In this document: piece by piece, positions 1 through 12,920 of the stretch
How the letters are laid out: each line of letters starts with the position of its first letter
Position numbering within the stretch: position 1 is the stretch's first letter
DNA from: Octopus sinensis
Lineage: Eukaryota
DNA: 64,000 bases
NCBI RefSeq assembly: GCF_006345805.1
Contig: NC_042997.1
Span: 143,530,001 to 143,594,000 of the forward strand
Direction: 5' to 3'
The notes under the pieces: model-generated
What the model was told of the DNA's origin: nothing
Database searches by the model: none
Seen by the model: only the letters and a program-made list of their open reading frames with translations
Position numbers and translations under genes: made by a program

Positions 1-102
1 CAGCGGAATATATCATAATTCGGTAGAATCTGTGTTTCATAGGTGCCGCTTTGTAAATTCAATAAACTCGGGCAATATTCTGGAAAAGCAGTTTTGTATT
101 AC

Positions 103-282
103 CTTTTACTTGTTTCACTTACTAGACCGTGGCCAGTCTGGGGCACCGCCTTGAAGGGTTTAATCGAACAAATCGACCCTAGTACTTATTTTAAAGTTTG
201 ATATATATCCTACCGATCTCTTTTGCCGAACTGTAAAGTTTCGGACACATAAACCAGCACCGGTTGTCAAGTAGTGATGGGG

Positions 283-318
<36 letters not shown>

Positions 319-576
319 CACACACACACACATACACACACACACACACACACACATACACACACACACACTCACACACGCGCGCGCGCGCTCGTATATA
401 TACATATACGACGGGTTTCCACACAGTTTCTGTCTACCAAAATTCACTCACAAGGCATTGGTCGATTCGGGCCTATTGTAGAAGAAACTTCCCCAAGGTG
501 CTACGTGGTGGGATTGAGCCTGAAAGCACGTGCTTGCAAAGCAAGCTTCTTCACAACACAGTCATGTCTACGCCTA
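103..576 (-). mobile_element. tRNA-derived SINE family A (CORE-like middle, internal CA microsatellite, CAGCATGGCCGCAGTC...GACTGAAAC tail)
   Basis: Collinear with many copies in the window (e.g. 48896-49308, 51231-51591). Head carries A/B-box-like motifs; CCTTGGG(C/G)AAGT resembles the CORE-SINE domain. Confidence 0.8.
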
Positions 577-629
577 TATTAAACTAAGCATTTTATTTAA
601 AAAAAAAACCCCAACAAACATGTATTTCA

Positions 630-1035
630 GGTAAGTTCTTTTCTGCTCTAGGCATAAGGCCAGAAATTTTGGGGGAGGGGGCCAGTAGATTAGGTCGACC
701 CTAGTACACAGCTGGTACTTAGTTTATCGACCCCGAAAGGATGAAAGGCAAAGTCCACCTCGACGGAATTTGAACTCAGAACGTAACGGCAGACGAAATA
801 CCTATTTCTTTACTACCCACAAGGGGCTAAACACAGAGAGGACAAACAAGGACAGACAAACGGATTAAGTCGATTACATCGACCTCAGTGCGTAACTGGT
901 AGTTAGTCTATCGACCCCGAAAGGATGAAAGGCAAAGTTGACCTCGGCGGAATTTGAACTCAGAACGTAACGGCAGACGAAATACGGCTATGCATTTCGC
1001 CCGGCGTGCTAACGTATCTGCCAGCTCGTCGCCTC
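630..1035 (-). mobile_element. SINE family B, two tandem units (about 184-bp period) with different 3' tails
   Basis: GTTCTGAGTTCAAATTCC...GAGGTCGACTTTGCCTTTCATCCTTTCGGGGTCGAT occurs twice. The central part resembles the MetaSINE domain as I recall it (needs an alignment). Confidence 0.8.
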
Positions 1036-1249
1036 ATTTCAGATAAGTTCTAATACTCTGTTCTTTAATATACTTTCTAGAATATGCATAAGACTTGAAA
1101 TTTCTGGAGGAGGGGATAAGTCGATTGCATCGGCCCCACTGCATGAGTGTTACTTATTTTATCGACCACGAAAAAATGAAAGGCATGGGATTTGAACTCA
1201 GAACGCAAAACCGGTAGAAATACTGATAAGTATTTTGTCCGGCGTACTA

Positions 1250-1440
1250 GCTTGCAGAGTCGTTAGTACGTACGCCTGACAAAATTAAGTTTCGTGTTCA
1301 AAATCCGCCGAAGTCGACTTTGCCTTTCATCTTTTCGTAGACGATAAAAATGAGTACCATTTGAGTATTGGGGTCGATTAATCAGCTAGCCCTGTCTCCC
1401 CAAATTTCAGGCCGTATGCCTATTGTGGACAAGGGTTTAT
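1250..1440 (+). mobile_element. SINE family B, diverged copy
   Basis: GTTCAAAATCCGCCGAAGTCGACTTTGCCTTTCATC...GAGTACC...GGGGTCGAT plus the CCCCAAATTTCAGGCC tail. Confidence 0.7.
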
Positions 1441-1559
1441 TCTTTAATATAAATGTATCAAATTGTGGCTTTGTTTGTTTGTACACTAGGTACTTTTAAC
1501 ACTGTTCTTAACAGAAAGGGGATGATGAACTGTTAAAACACATATCCATTCACACAAAA

Positions 1560-1900
1560 TAAAACACACACATACACGCACACACACAGATGTACCATAC
1601 ACCCAAACAAATACCTTCACGCGAACAAATACGTGTACACACAGATACAAGCAGAAAACACACACACAAACCCACATACACTCACACACACACGCACGCA
1701 AAGACTCACAGACATACAAATACGCATACACACAAATACACAGAGAGAAAGAGAGACAGAGAGAGTGAAGACAAAAGCGAGAGAGAAAGAGAGAGTGAAA
1801 GAGGGGACAAGAGCGAGAGAGAGAGAGAGAACGAGGGCGAGGGCGAGAAAGAGAGAGAAGATGAGAGAGAGTGAGAAAGGGGGACAAGAGCGAGAGAGAA

Positions 1901-1936
<36 letters not shown>

Positions 1937-2050
1937 GGGGAATAAGAACGAGAAAAAGAGAGAACTAGAGAGAAAAAGAGAGAGAAAGAGAGAGATGAGA
2001 GGGGGAGAGAGAGAGGGGGTGACAAAAGTGAAAGAGGAGAGAAAAAGAAG
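1560..2050. repeat. Degenerate (CA)n then (GA)n low-complexity tract
   Basis: Direct inspection. Confidence 0.9.
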
Positions 2051-3942
2051 AAAACCAACAAAGCAATTATTTCATTATAAGAGATAAACGGGAAACGATG
2101 GACAACAGAAACAGCAGCAGCAATGACAGCAGCAGTCCCTCGTTACATTTATTATAGCACCAAGATATTATCAGCTTTTGTTTATGTTTTAATTAATTAA
2201 TTCATTTATTCCTTAATTTATTTGTTTATTTGCTAAGATTTCATGCGCTCGATCGTTTGCTTCTGTTCAGAGGAATATAATATCTTAACTTCGTCGTCTC
2301 CTTCAGGGAAAAAGGAAAGAATTTTAAATGATACAGTTGAAAAATCAATATTGAAGTTTTCAGTGCTGTTGAAAAGCAGTTCAAATCTCATTTTTCATTG
2401 TCCAATGAAAACCGTTCGCGTTAGGATTGGGAATTGTTGCTGTGATAATGGCCGTCCGTTCTTGCTGTTGCATTTCCTATTGTTGGAACAAGTTGTTGTT
2501 GCTGTTTCTGATAATGCTGTTGTTGTGATGTACTTGTTGCTTTTTAGCTTATGAGTTCTCACTTTTAAATAGTTACTTGGTGAATTCGTTGTATGTTTTA
2601 CTCGTTTTTCATGCTGCATCAATCGTTGTTATAGTAATGAGGCTGGTGGTGGTAGTAGCCCTAAAAGTAGATGCTATCACTTTTATAGCAGCAGCAGCTG
2701 TAATTGCTGCTGCGCTCCTAGAAATAGTGGTCTTGTATTTCTCTCTCATCATGTACCATTCCTACAGCGTCGACGACCATGGGCCTTACTACTATAGTTT
2801 GAAAATTTATGATTTTTGTGGGGAAAGATACAATAACTGTCTCCCATTGCTTGCTGTCAATTTATTTACGATTTACTCTTTTAGACCCCTGCTCTCCCGA
2901 GCTTACCACCAAGGCAAAGGACATGTTCGTCATTGTCACATGCTCCTCACAAGCCCACCATTGTCGCATGTATCCCGCAGGTCCACCATATATTTCAATG
3001 ATAAGCTTAAGAGAGCAAGAGAAAAGTAGAATCAGTCGGATTCAGAATCGAGTTGTTAACATCGTAGGTCTTCTTCATTCTACTAGGTTGGAGTCTTTAG
3101 CTCATCGTCGAAATGTATCTTTGTATCTTTTCTACCGGTATTTCTGTGGACATTGTTCTGATTAAACTTTCTGATCTAATAGTCTCTGTTAAGACTTCTA
3201 AACACACCAACTTATCTTACTAGGTGCATCGTTTTTCTGCTGAGTTTCCTGTTAATCCTAAAATCTTTTATTTTAATTGCTTCTTTCTTCGAATTGCTGC
3301 TCTTTGAGACTCACTATCATCGTCTTATTTTCCTCTGGTCAATGATATTTAGTCCTTTAATCTTTCTGTCAATCAACATCATTTGAATTTGTAGGTCCCT
3401 TATTTTCTTTCGTAGTTTCTTATGCTACAGTAGCTTCAAGCTATGTCTGGTACAAAATCGTACTAAAAAATAAAATGAGTTGACTAAAAAAACTCGACAG
3501 ACGGTTTGTCATGGTATGTCCATACACAGTGTGACTACTCTTCTCTGAGTCCTGTATGACGTAGCCACAGCACTATCTTCTGCTCCTTGACCCATATTTG
3601 GGGCCCTTGGAGCGGATCCGAGAAGTGTAGTGCCTATGGAGCAACTCAATACTCTCAAGACTCCTTAATTTCTGAGCTGGCACCTCAGCATCACTTGTAT
3701 TTAGTTGTTGTTTAACCCTAGGTTAGTCCTGATCAAGTAGGATCAAAGACATTCCAGTTATGATCAACCCATCATATTTTAAGATATAACGTATCAACAC
3801 CTGCACTATCTTATGTTTTAAATCACTAGAGTATAATTGGAGAGAAACTTGGCTGCTATTTCTCTTGAACGACCGTGTTGAAGCTCCCTCATTGATAATT
3901 ATGGAATTAGTGACAAGTGCCGTTGATGTTGATATAGTTGTA

Positions 3943-4800
3943 TTAAAAATAATGTTCGACCTTCTTGTCGGCATCTCCAGCAAAATCTATGCCTCTGCAG
4001 AAGACACCACCTTCCTTTCCTCCCTAACCACTCGCACCCAAGCGCCATGCACGTGCAGCTTAAACACCTCTCGCCAAAGTTCTGCTAACTTAACAAAGAA
4101 ATCGCTGAAGCATTTTCTAATGGGGGTCATGCTAAACTCGTCTCCTTGCATAGCACAAATACAATGGCTACACTTATCAAGAAAACAATATTGTATCCAT
4201 CACCTAAATATGAGCAATATGCGCCTACAACCCCCAAATTTGCTACAAATGTCGGGCTTTACCGTCACTGTTAATCTCGCGTCTTCAATCTGTCAAACAC
4301 TACACCACAAAACGACTTTTATTTTAGAGCCAGTAAATACCCCAATTCCCAACAATTATTCTTTTCTACTCTAGGCACAAGGCCCGAAATTTTTGGGGAG
4401 GGGCCAGTCGATTAGATCGACCCCAGTACTTAATTTATCGACCCCGAATGGATGAAAGGCAAAGTCGACCTCGGCGGCATTTGAACTCAGAACGTAAAGA
4501 CAGATGAAATATTGTTTCGCATTTCGCCCGGCGTGTTAACGTTTCTACCGCTCGCCACCTTCAATTCCCAACAATTATCCTTCATATACTCAAGCAAGAC
4601 CAACAATGTAATACTGCACTTATGTCTGAGAGGGTACTACCACTACATGTAGACATCCTAGGATCACATCCCCTAAAATGCCACCCAGTTGATGTCCACA
4701 AAGGCATCCTCCAACTTGCTCTGAGGACATAATTTATAGTTTACAATCTTTAGTGATCGCCTCCACCCCAAAAACTCATTTAGAAAAGAGTCCTCTTCTA
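3943..4800 (+). pseudogene. Old, degraded CR1/L2-type LINE reverse transcriptase C-terminal fragment, split by a SINE
   Basis: Translation FDLLVGISSKIYASAEDTTF (FADD-like), LHLSRKQ, then after the SINE QARPTM*YCTYV*EG, like the CR1 RT thumb motif VRPxMEYC..W. Confidence 0.6.
4360..4561 (-). mobile_element. SINE family B with 17-bp target-site duplication
   Basis: CAATTCCCAACAATTAT at 4343-4359 and 4562-4578. Confidence 0.9.
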
Positions 4801-4960
4801 ACCATTTAAGTTATGGTAGTGGTAGAAGCATTAACACATTCATAGCAACAGCTTCTCTGTTGAGGTTTCTATTAATCGTAGGTAACTCAATATTAAGTTA
4901 TCTCCTTTTCTGAACTGGTTTCTTTTAATACTAACACACCCATACGCACAACCACACACA

Positions 4961-5022
<62 letters not shown>

Positions 5023-5117
5023 TGCACACGCATAAGCGTGCGCGCACACACACATACACACACGCACACACACGCGCACACACACACGCACACACATATG
5101 CGCACACACACGCACGC

Positions 5118-5157
<40 letters not shown>

Positions 5158-7547
5158 ACACACACACACACAGTGTTCAATGATAGATCTTTTTGATAGG
5201 TTTGCAGTTTGCAGAGAATTTCTCTTACATTAATGTCACTACTGCAAACACTATCAACTTTTCTTCAATTTTTATGAGATATTTTATACGTAAACCACTT
5301 CAAAGAGTTCCAAAAACGCTTTCTCCAGAGAACAAACACTACTGAAATTAGTTTAATGCTTCTGTCGTCCAGACTTTAAATTGACTGAATTATTCATTAT
5401 GAAAATGTTTCATTTTATAGCAAATACAGCGAAATATATTAGGTGACAATTCACATTTTAAAAATTATTAAAACAGAAAAGCCTGCTAGTTTGTAGTTTT
5501 CGTATTTGATAAATTATGTTCAGTAGACGAATGTAGATGTAAAGAGTTAGGATGGATTGATAAGTAAATCTCTGATGAGAAACTAGTAAATTATTCTGCA
5601 AAAGGAACACGATGATGGGTTGTATATGTCAATAGAAAAACTGAAGATATTAGTCTCCAGAATGAGGAGAGATTTATACAGGTGAAACAAAATGTGGATA
5701 GCACGGTATCAACCACGACAGCCGGCATCGGTCGCGGCGACGTCCACGTTGACGTGCGTGAATCGTGAATAAGTATGTCTTAACTCTTGTGATACCAAAC
5801 CGCCCTGAGATCAGTTCTATGGTTCATGTTTTAAAGTGATCTAAATTAGAAGTTTACTTCATGATAGTTTATTAATTTATGTCCCAGGCACCAGCTTCAA
5901 AATAACAAAGTTATTTTACTAAATTCTTTCGTTATTTAAAAGATAGTATTTGAAACAAAGACAGTGTATTTCAATCGAAATACATTTACGAAATGGCTAA
6001 TAAATCATATCAGACCAACAGTAAAACAAAGGAATATAACGATTATCATTTGAGCATTGACTGAGAGGGCAGGAACAACGTGATAGGAAGGGTTTTGCTC
6101 AGGAATACATTGATTGGTCCCGGAATCGAACCTCCGATCGCAAGTGTAACGTCTTAGCCACTAGGCCACGCGCCTTCGTATAGTAAGTAACATAATTTTC
6201 ACTGATAAGCCAAAAAGTGGTTTGGCTGAAGCCTGGTGAGTGAATTTGGTAGACAGAAACTGAAAGTAGCACGTCATGCATGCATCCATGCATGCATGCA
6301 TGCATGTATGTATGTATGTATGTATGTATGTATGTATGTATGTATGTGTGTGTGTATGTATGTGTGTGTGTGTATGTATGTGTGTGTGTGTATGTAATGT
6401 GTGTGTATGTGCGTGCGTGTGTTTCTTTGTCCTGACATTGCGTGATAGTTGTAAATGAGCGTCATTGTTATATAAGCGGCGTCGGTCGTTTGATGAGGAT
6501 TATTTCAAAACCAAAAATTTATGAAACGTAGTAAGAGAAACCACGAAAGTGTAATGTTCTTGTATGTAAGCTGGAGAAGATACGTGATAATGTTTCTGTA
6601 TTGATTATGACTGAACGAGTAAGAAAGACAGTCGAAAAGAAATAAACGGTTGAAGAAATACGGAAGCCGAAGAAGAGTTAACATTAAAATCAACAGCTGG
6701 TGTGCGAAATCAGCCTCTCCCCGAGAAATGTTTAAAAATAATAGGAGCTTACTTGCAATGAAGGGATCCATAAAATAAAGAACTGAGAAAAAGTTAAAGA
6801 AAAGACACTCTTTATACGAACTTGTCACCAATGTTCTTCGATGTTCAATTTCTGTAAATGCACACATAACCAGATTGACTTATACAGATTAGAACTCGAC
6901 TTTGATCTTAAGTTTATTATCAGAATAGCAAATTGAATATCGTATCGCTTATTTCAGCAATTCAATAAAAGGTCATATTCTTAATGTATGCATATTAGAA
7001 AGTATTAGATTGTCGAACAATTCTTACTTAAAAATCAAATCTTCTTTCATTTGTTATGCACCAAATCAATGTCGTTTTTCCTACCGAAGCCATTGTAGAA
7101 ATTACAGCTATACAACTGAGTAGAACGGTACACTTTCTAGTTCCTATTATGTTCAATTGTCTTGTGAATATAATTTAAATAAAACATTGTTTAACTAATT
7201 GCTTTATAATTTGATCTTGTATTTTATTAGATTTTCTGGTTCCGATTGAAAGAGTGTAATAAATTCAAATATTATGATTTTCTATCTGTTGATATTGAAT
7301 ATTTGATGATATTGATTCGTGTTTAAAACATGCTGGGAATAACCTTGTAACAGGGGAAGATCTCAACGTGGTGGCGGAATTTTATGCATGGTGAGTCTAA
7401 AGTAGCGTCAGCAATCATCACAGTAGCCGCCACAGCAGTCAATACATGCAGCTTGTGTTCAGAACCAAATCATAACTAGACGATTGTCGGGCTCTATTCT
7501 GAAGTAGGACTCTTCTAGATAATATTGTGTCTATTTATGACAGTAGT

Positions 7548-7800
7548 GGAGGCGCGTGGCTTAGTGGTTAGGGTGTCAGCATCATGATCGTAAGATTGTG
7601 GTTTCAATTCCTGGACCGGGCGACGCGTTGTGTTCTTTTGCAAAACACTTCATTTCACGTTGCTCCAGTCCACTCAGCTGGCAAAAATGAGTAACGCTGC
7701 GATGGACTGGCGTCCCGTCCAGCTGGGGAACACATACGCCATGGAAACCGAGAAACCGGGCCTATGAGCCTAGCTAGGCTTTAAAAGGGCGCATTTATTT
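7548..7800 (+). mobile_element. tRNA-derived SINE family C (GGCGCGTGGCTTAGTGGTTAGGG head)
   Basis: A-box TGGCTTAGTGG and B-box-like GTTTCAATTCC. Related heads at 9645, 35848, 43972 and 47600 (minus). Confidence 0.75.
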
Positions 7801-7904
7801 TTAATTTTATTTATGAAAGCAATGGAAATTGATTCCTCGTATACTTCTGGGCGCAAAAAGAGTTTACGTGTTGATGTGCTGGATACATTAAAGAAATAAA
7901 GATT

Positions 7905-8305
7905 TTTTATTTATTTGTTTCAGTCATTGGATTGCGATCATGCTGGGGCACCGACTCGAAGGCTTTTAGTTGTACAAATCGACTCCGTTACTTATTTTTG
8001 AAAGTCTGGTACTTATTCTATCGGCTCTTTTGTCAAATCACCAAGTTACAGGGACTTAAGCAAACCAACACCGGTTGTAGAGTGGTGGTTGTGGGGAGAG
8101 ACACAGACACAAAGACACGCACACACACATATACACTCTCACACATATACATATACACTGCACTTCCATACAGGTTCCGTCTACGAAATTCACTCGCAAG
8201 GCTTGTTTAACCTGCGGCTACAATAGAAAACATTTGCTCAAGGTGCTGCGCAGTAGGACTGAACGCGAGCTTCTTAGTATACAGATGCAGCCACACATGC
8301 ACCTA
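7905..8305 (-). mobile_element. SINE family A
   Basis: Collinear with other family A copies. Confidence 0.75.
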
Positions 8306-8661
8306 TATGTCTCTTTCTAATATAGGCCTGAAGTTTTGGGGTAAGGGGCTAGTCAATTACATTGACCCTACTGCGCAACTAGTGCCTATTTCATCGACCG
8401 AGAAAGAATGAAATGCAAAGTTGACCTCGGCGGAGCCAGCGCATATATATATTAGATTCAAAATTGGGCACGAGGTCAGCAAGTACGTCGACCTAATTGC
8501 TCAACTGGTACTTATTTTATCGATCCCGAAAGGATGAAAGGCAAAATCGACTTCGGTGGAATTTGAGCTCAGAACGAATGGATAGTCGAAATGCTGTGAA
8601 GTATTTCACCCTGGTTTGCTAATAATTCTGCCGTCTCGATGCCTATATATGTTACAATTTG

Positions 8662-8895
8662 AGGGCGGCGAGCTGGCAGAATCGTTAGCATGCCGGGCGA
8701 AATGCTTAGCGGTATTTCGTCTGCCGTTACGTTCTGAGTTCAAATTCCGCCGAGGTCGACTTTGCCTTTCATCCTTTCGTGGTCGATAAATAAGTACCAG
8801 TTTCGCACTGGGGTCGATGTAATCGACTTAATCCGTTTGTCTGTCCTTGTTTGTCCCCTCTATGTTTAGCCCCTTGTGGATAGTAAAGAAATATA
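8662..8895 (+). mobile_element. SINE family B, full length, tail type 1 (...GTAAAGAAATA)
   Basis: GAGCTGGCAGAATCGTTAGC head, GAGTTCAAATTCC B-box, central domain and tail. Confidence 0.85.
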
Positions 8896-9500
8896 TATAT
8901 ATGTTGCAATTTAAATAGAATTACGTTCTTAGTCAAAGATTTCCAAGAAAAAAAAAAACACAAAACAAAAAACAAACGAACAAAACTAGCTTTGCAAATT
9001 TCCTGTTGTTTTATTGAGAAATTTCCAGATTTTCATCTTTCATCGTTAAAAGTCAATATCTCATGCAAGACAGAACAGATAAGTGTACATAAAGAAAATG
9101 AATGATAGGATTGTTTTAAGTAGATGTTTATAATAAAAACGTGCAAAAAAGCACTTAAAAAATCAAGAAGAGTATTTAGGTTTCTTTTAAAGGGAAGTGT
9201 ATAAGAAGTTCTTTTAATGCTAAAGTCAAAAGTTGTACGGATATATCTCTAAATACAACTTGGATAGTTAAATTATGTTATGCTTTTTCATACCTGCAAG
9301 GAAAAAAATCATTTTGACATTAAAAATCAAATTGTTCTTCTCGCATTTACCGGTAATCCTTCGTCATTATTTCAGGGCTATGCTTCCACGATGAGGTCAG
9401 AAAAACACAGGAACATGTCTAGAGTTAACTTCCGTACTTCGCAAAAGAAATAAAATATTAGTTATTGATTAATGTATGTATATATTATTTCTATCTATCT

Positions 9501-9590
<90 letters not shown>

Positions 9591-9749
9591 CTGTGTGTGT
9601 GTGTCTGTCTGTATGTGTGTCTGTCAGTCTCTCTGTCTGTCTGTGAGGGCGCGTGGCCTGGTGTTCAGGTTGTTGCACACATGATCGCGAAGTCATGGTT
9701 TCGATTTCCAGGCCGAGCGATGCGTTGTGTCTTTGAGTGATCACCTCGA

Positions 9750-10330
9750 CATCTCAGTTATATTATTGTTTACATTGTATTCATGTATGTAGAACTGTGT
9801 AATCAGGTGTGCATATTTAGGTGTGTCCCTTTTGGTAGGTTTTTATAGAATGTGTCGGTAGTTTTAATTATTTTTGGCTTTATTGGATTTAATTTTTAAT
9901 CCTTCGCTTTGACAATGTAAAGGTCAAAGGTATAAAGACCCGCATTTAAAAACTTACTACTTGGCTGTGTCAACACTTTGTAATGGAATTTTTAGGGGCT
10001 TACAAAAGAGCGCACACTGTTGGTATGTTTTACCTGGTCAATTTCTTTACTTGTTGTTATTTAGGGTATTCCTCTTTTTATCTAGAAGGTGGGAATTATT
10101 AGTCAGGTGTTGGTAGTAGAGAAGATTTTTTTCTAGTGCTTTGATATTCACAAAAGAATGTAGGTATGTGTAAAGGTTGTTGGTCTGTATGATTCTCTCC
10201 AGGTGTTCATTGTTTCATGGAGATAGAGTCTGTTGGTTTTGTGTTTATAAATATTTCTTCAATTCTGTTTCAAAACTATTATTGTTTAAGAATAATAAAT
10301 TTGTACTCTACAAAGTATAGAGTAACCCAT
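9750..10330 (-). pseudogene. Heavily degraded Penelope-like element remnant (linker/GIY-YIG region)
   Basis: Frameshifted pieces NIKALEKNL, LFCKPL, FKCG, CQSEGL and YIHEYN resemble the PLE C-terminal region. Confidence 0.35.
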
Positions 10331-10380
10331 TAGATTAATGTAAAATTCTTTTTATTATGACTGAAGATAAAAACAAACAT

Positions 10381-10420
<40 letters not shown>

Positions 10421-10850
10421 CACACACACACACACACACACATATATGTATATATGCATATATATATACATATATATATGCACATATAAATATGCATATA
10501 TATATATGCACATATAAATATGCATATATATATATGCAAACATAAATATGCATATATACATATATACATATATATGCATATTATATATATATAAATGCAT
10601 GTATATATATATGCATATATATATATATAAATGCATATATATAATATATATATGCATATACATATATAAATGCATATATATATATAAATGCATATAGATA
10701 TATATATATGCATATATATATATGCATATATATACATATGTATATATATATATACATATGCATATATATATTATATATATATATGCATATATATACATAT
10801 GTATATATATATATATACATATGCATATATATATATATATATGTATCTAT
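10381..10850. repeat. (CA)n followed by (TA)n/ATGCAT-interrupted microsatellite array
   Basis: Direct inspection. Confidence 0.9.
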
Positions 10851-10854
10851 ACGT

Positions 10855-11070
10855 TTATGTGTCTGTCCCCCCAACATCGCTTGACAACCAATGAACCAAT
10901 GCTGGTGTGTTTATGTCCCCATAACTTAGCGGTTAGGCATAACTGACTGATAGAATAAGTACTAGGCTTACAAGGAATAAGTTCTGGGGGTCGATTTGTT
11001 CGACTAAAGGCGGTGGTCCAGCATGGCCGCAGTCAAATGACTGAAACGAATAAAGAAATAAAAGATAAAA
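10855..11070 (+). mobile_element. SINE family A, 3' half
   Basis: CATCGCTTGACAACC...GGCGGTGGTCCAGCATGGCCGCAGTCAAATGACTGAAAC. Confidence 0.8.
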
Positions 11071-11077
11071 ATATATA

Positions 11078-11156
<79 letters not shown>

Positions 11157-11157
<1 letters not shown>

Positions 11158-11658
11158 GGGGAGAATTCACAAAAAATACAAAAGACGAAGACAGGTGGTG
11201 TAGACAACAAACAGATGTATTAGTTTAACGCTCGGGAAGTGGAAAAGTCTTAAAGTTTCGAGCCTGCGCTCTTCCATAGAAAGGAACACAGAAAGAAACA
11301 AGGAGAGAAAATAAAGAATGTGTAGTGGCTAGCGATCTATCATGGCGTACATTGCCTTAACCAGCCGAAATTGCAAAGATAATCTGGAACTCGACTGAGG
11401 ATAGAACACTCCGAACGACCCGTCCTTGTTTTCTTTGTATCGTCTGTATGGATGTCTTGCGTTCTTGTCCTATATAATATATAATATATATATATATATA
11501 CTATATATATATATCACGTAATCACGTGACCGACCAGACCATCAGATGTTCCACATCGCTGGTCACAATGCGTTCGCATTGTTTTAGCCTTTGAATGACG
11601 CCACCCCGCTGGCTAAGCGAGCAGGCAATATATATATATATATATATGTACATATATA

Positions 11659-11721
<63 letters not shown>

Positions 11722-12032
11722 GGGAGAATTCACAAAAAATACAAAAGACGAAGACAGGTGGTGTAGACAACAAACAGATGTATTAGTTTAACGCTCGGGA
11801 AGTGGAAAAGTCTTAAAGTTTCGAGCCTGCGCTCTTCCATAGAAAGGAACACAGAAAGAAACAAGGAGAGAAAATAAAGAATGTTTAGTGCTAGCGATCT
11901 ATCATGGCGTACATTGCCTTAACCAGCCGAAATTGCAAAGATAATCTGGAACTCGACTGAGGATAGAACACTCCGAACGACCCGTCCTTGTTTTCTTTGT
12001 ATCGTCTGTATGGATGTCTTGCGTTCTTGTCC

Positions 12033-12078
<46 letters not shown>

Positions 12079-12191
12079 TCACGTAATCACGTGACCGACC
12101 AGACCATCAGTGTTCCACATCGCTGGTCACAATGCGTTCGCATTGTTTTAGCCTTTGAATGACGCCACCCCGCTGGCTAAGCGAGCAGGCC
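11157..12191 (-). repeat. Two near-identical tandem copies of an about 565-bp composite unit: element D + (TA)n + 3' end of a family C SINE + (TA)n
   Basis: GGGAGAATTCACAAAAAATAC at about 11158 and 11722. The SINE-tail piece matches 24745-24860. Confidence 0.9.
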
Positions 12192-12213
12192 AATATATAT
12201 ATATATATAATAT

Positions 12214-12255
<42 letters not shown>

Positions 12256-12261
12256 ATATAT

Positions 12262-12651
12262 ATAATTTCAACAATTGAGGGTAAAATTAATTAATTAATC
12301 AATTTCACCAAGTATTCAGTATGCAAAGGGACCATTTAAGGCGAATTCAAATTATTACATTATATAAAAGGCTTAGTAAAATAAATTACTTTGCCGCATA
12401 CTGAACTCATTAGAAATAGCAGCTAAAAAAACTTTTTTAAACTATTTCTAATACTTAAAGAAAACCTCTCTCATATAGTGTTTGCTCAATTCAACTCACG
12501 CAAATATGGGTAGAAGACATTAAAAGTATTTATTTTACTAAGCCCCTTTTTATAATGTAATAATTTGAATTCGCCTAAATGTCCCTTTGCATACTGAATA
12601 CTTGGTGAAATTGATTAATTAATTAATTTACCCTCAATGGTTGAAATTATA
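12262..12651. repeat. Inverted repeat, arms about 125 bp (12262-12387 and 12528-12651); spacer plus arm recurs inverted at about 12943-13105
   Basis: ATAATTTCAACAATTGAGGGTAAAATTAATT... and its reverse complement. Confidence 0.9.
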
Positions 12652-12863
12652 ATTCATCTCTCTCTCTATATATGCCGCGGATTTACCGAAAAAAGCATAG
12701 TGTTTTACTGATTTTAACCCACGCTGGTGGAAAGGGAGAGCAGAAATTCTTCGCTTGCATTTTTGAGTTTGTTGGGCACTGTTAGTTACGAGCAGATCTT
12801 CAGAAGCGAGAGGAAGCCGAAAGGGTATGCTCCACTTTCAGTGTTTCAATCCAAACCAGGGAG

Positions 12864-12920
12864 TTCTGAGCTGATGATAGAAATGTCGACTTTGACTAAT
12901 CTTGAAACGTACGTTCTCAA
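12864..12920 (+). ncRNA. Candidate minimal type I hammerhead ribozyme (weak helix II)
   Basis: TGAG-CTGATGA-[26 nt]-GAAACGTACGTT-CTCA: intact core, helix I 4 bp, palindrome AACGTACGTT, GUU triplet. Confidence 0.45.

Noticed and set aside
2720-3480. Possible LINE ORF1/zinc-knuckle remnant on the minus strand
   Set aside because: Only vague similarity; no motif I can defend
5566-5595. CTGATGA directly joined to GAAACTAGTA
   Set aside because: Core and palindrome are present but there is no helix II and no helix I pairing; chance or an unrecognisable relic
7548-7625. SINE heads as tRNA genes (also 24975-25046, 26671-26745, 35848-35920, about 59480-59535)
   Set aside because: No complete cloverleaf or acceptor stem; they continue into SINE bodies
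9385-9423. TCCA-CGATGA...GGAACATGTC-TAGA hammerhead-like relic
   Set aside because: Needs several corrections in the core and has no helix II
11393-11430. CTGAGGA...CCGAACGACCCGTC in element D
   Set aside because: GAAA is incomplete and helices I and II do not pair convincingly
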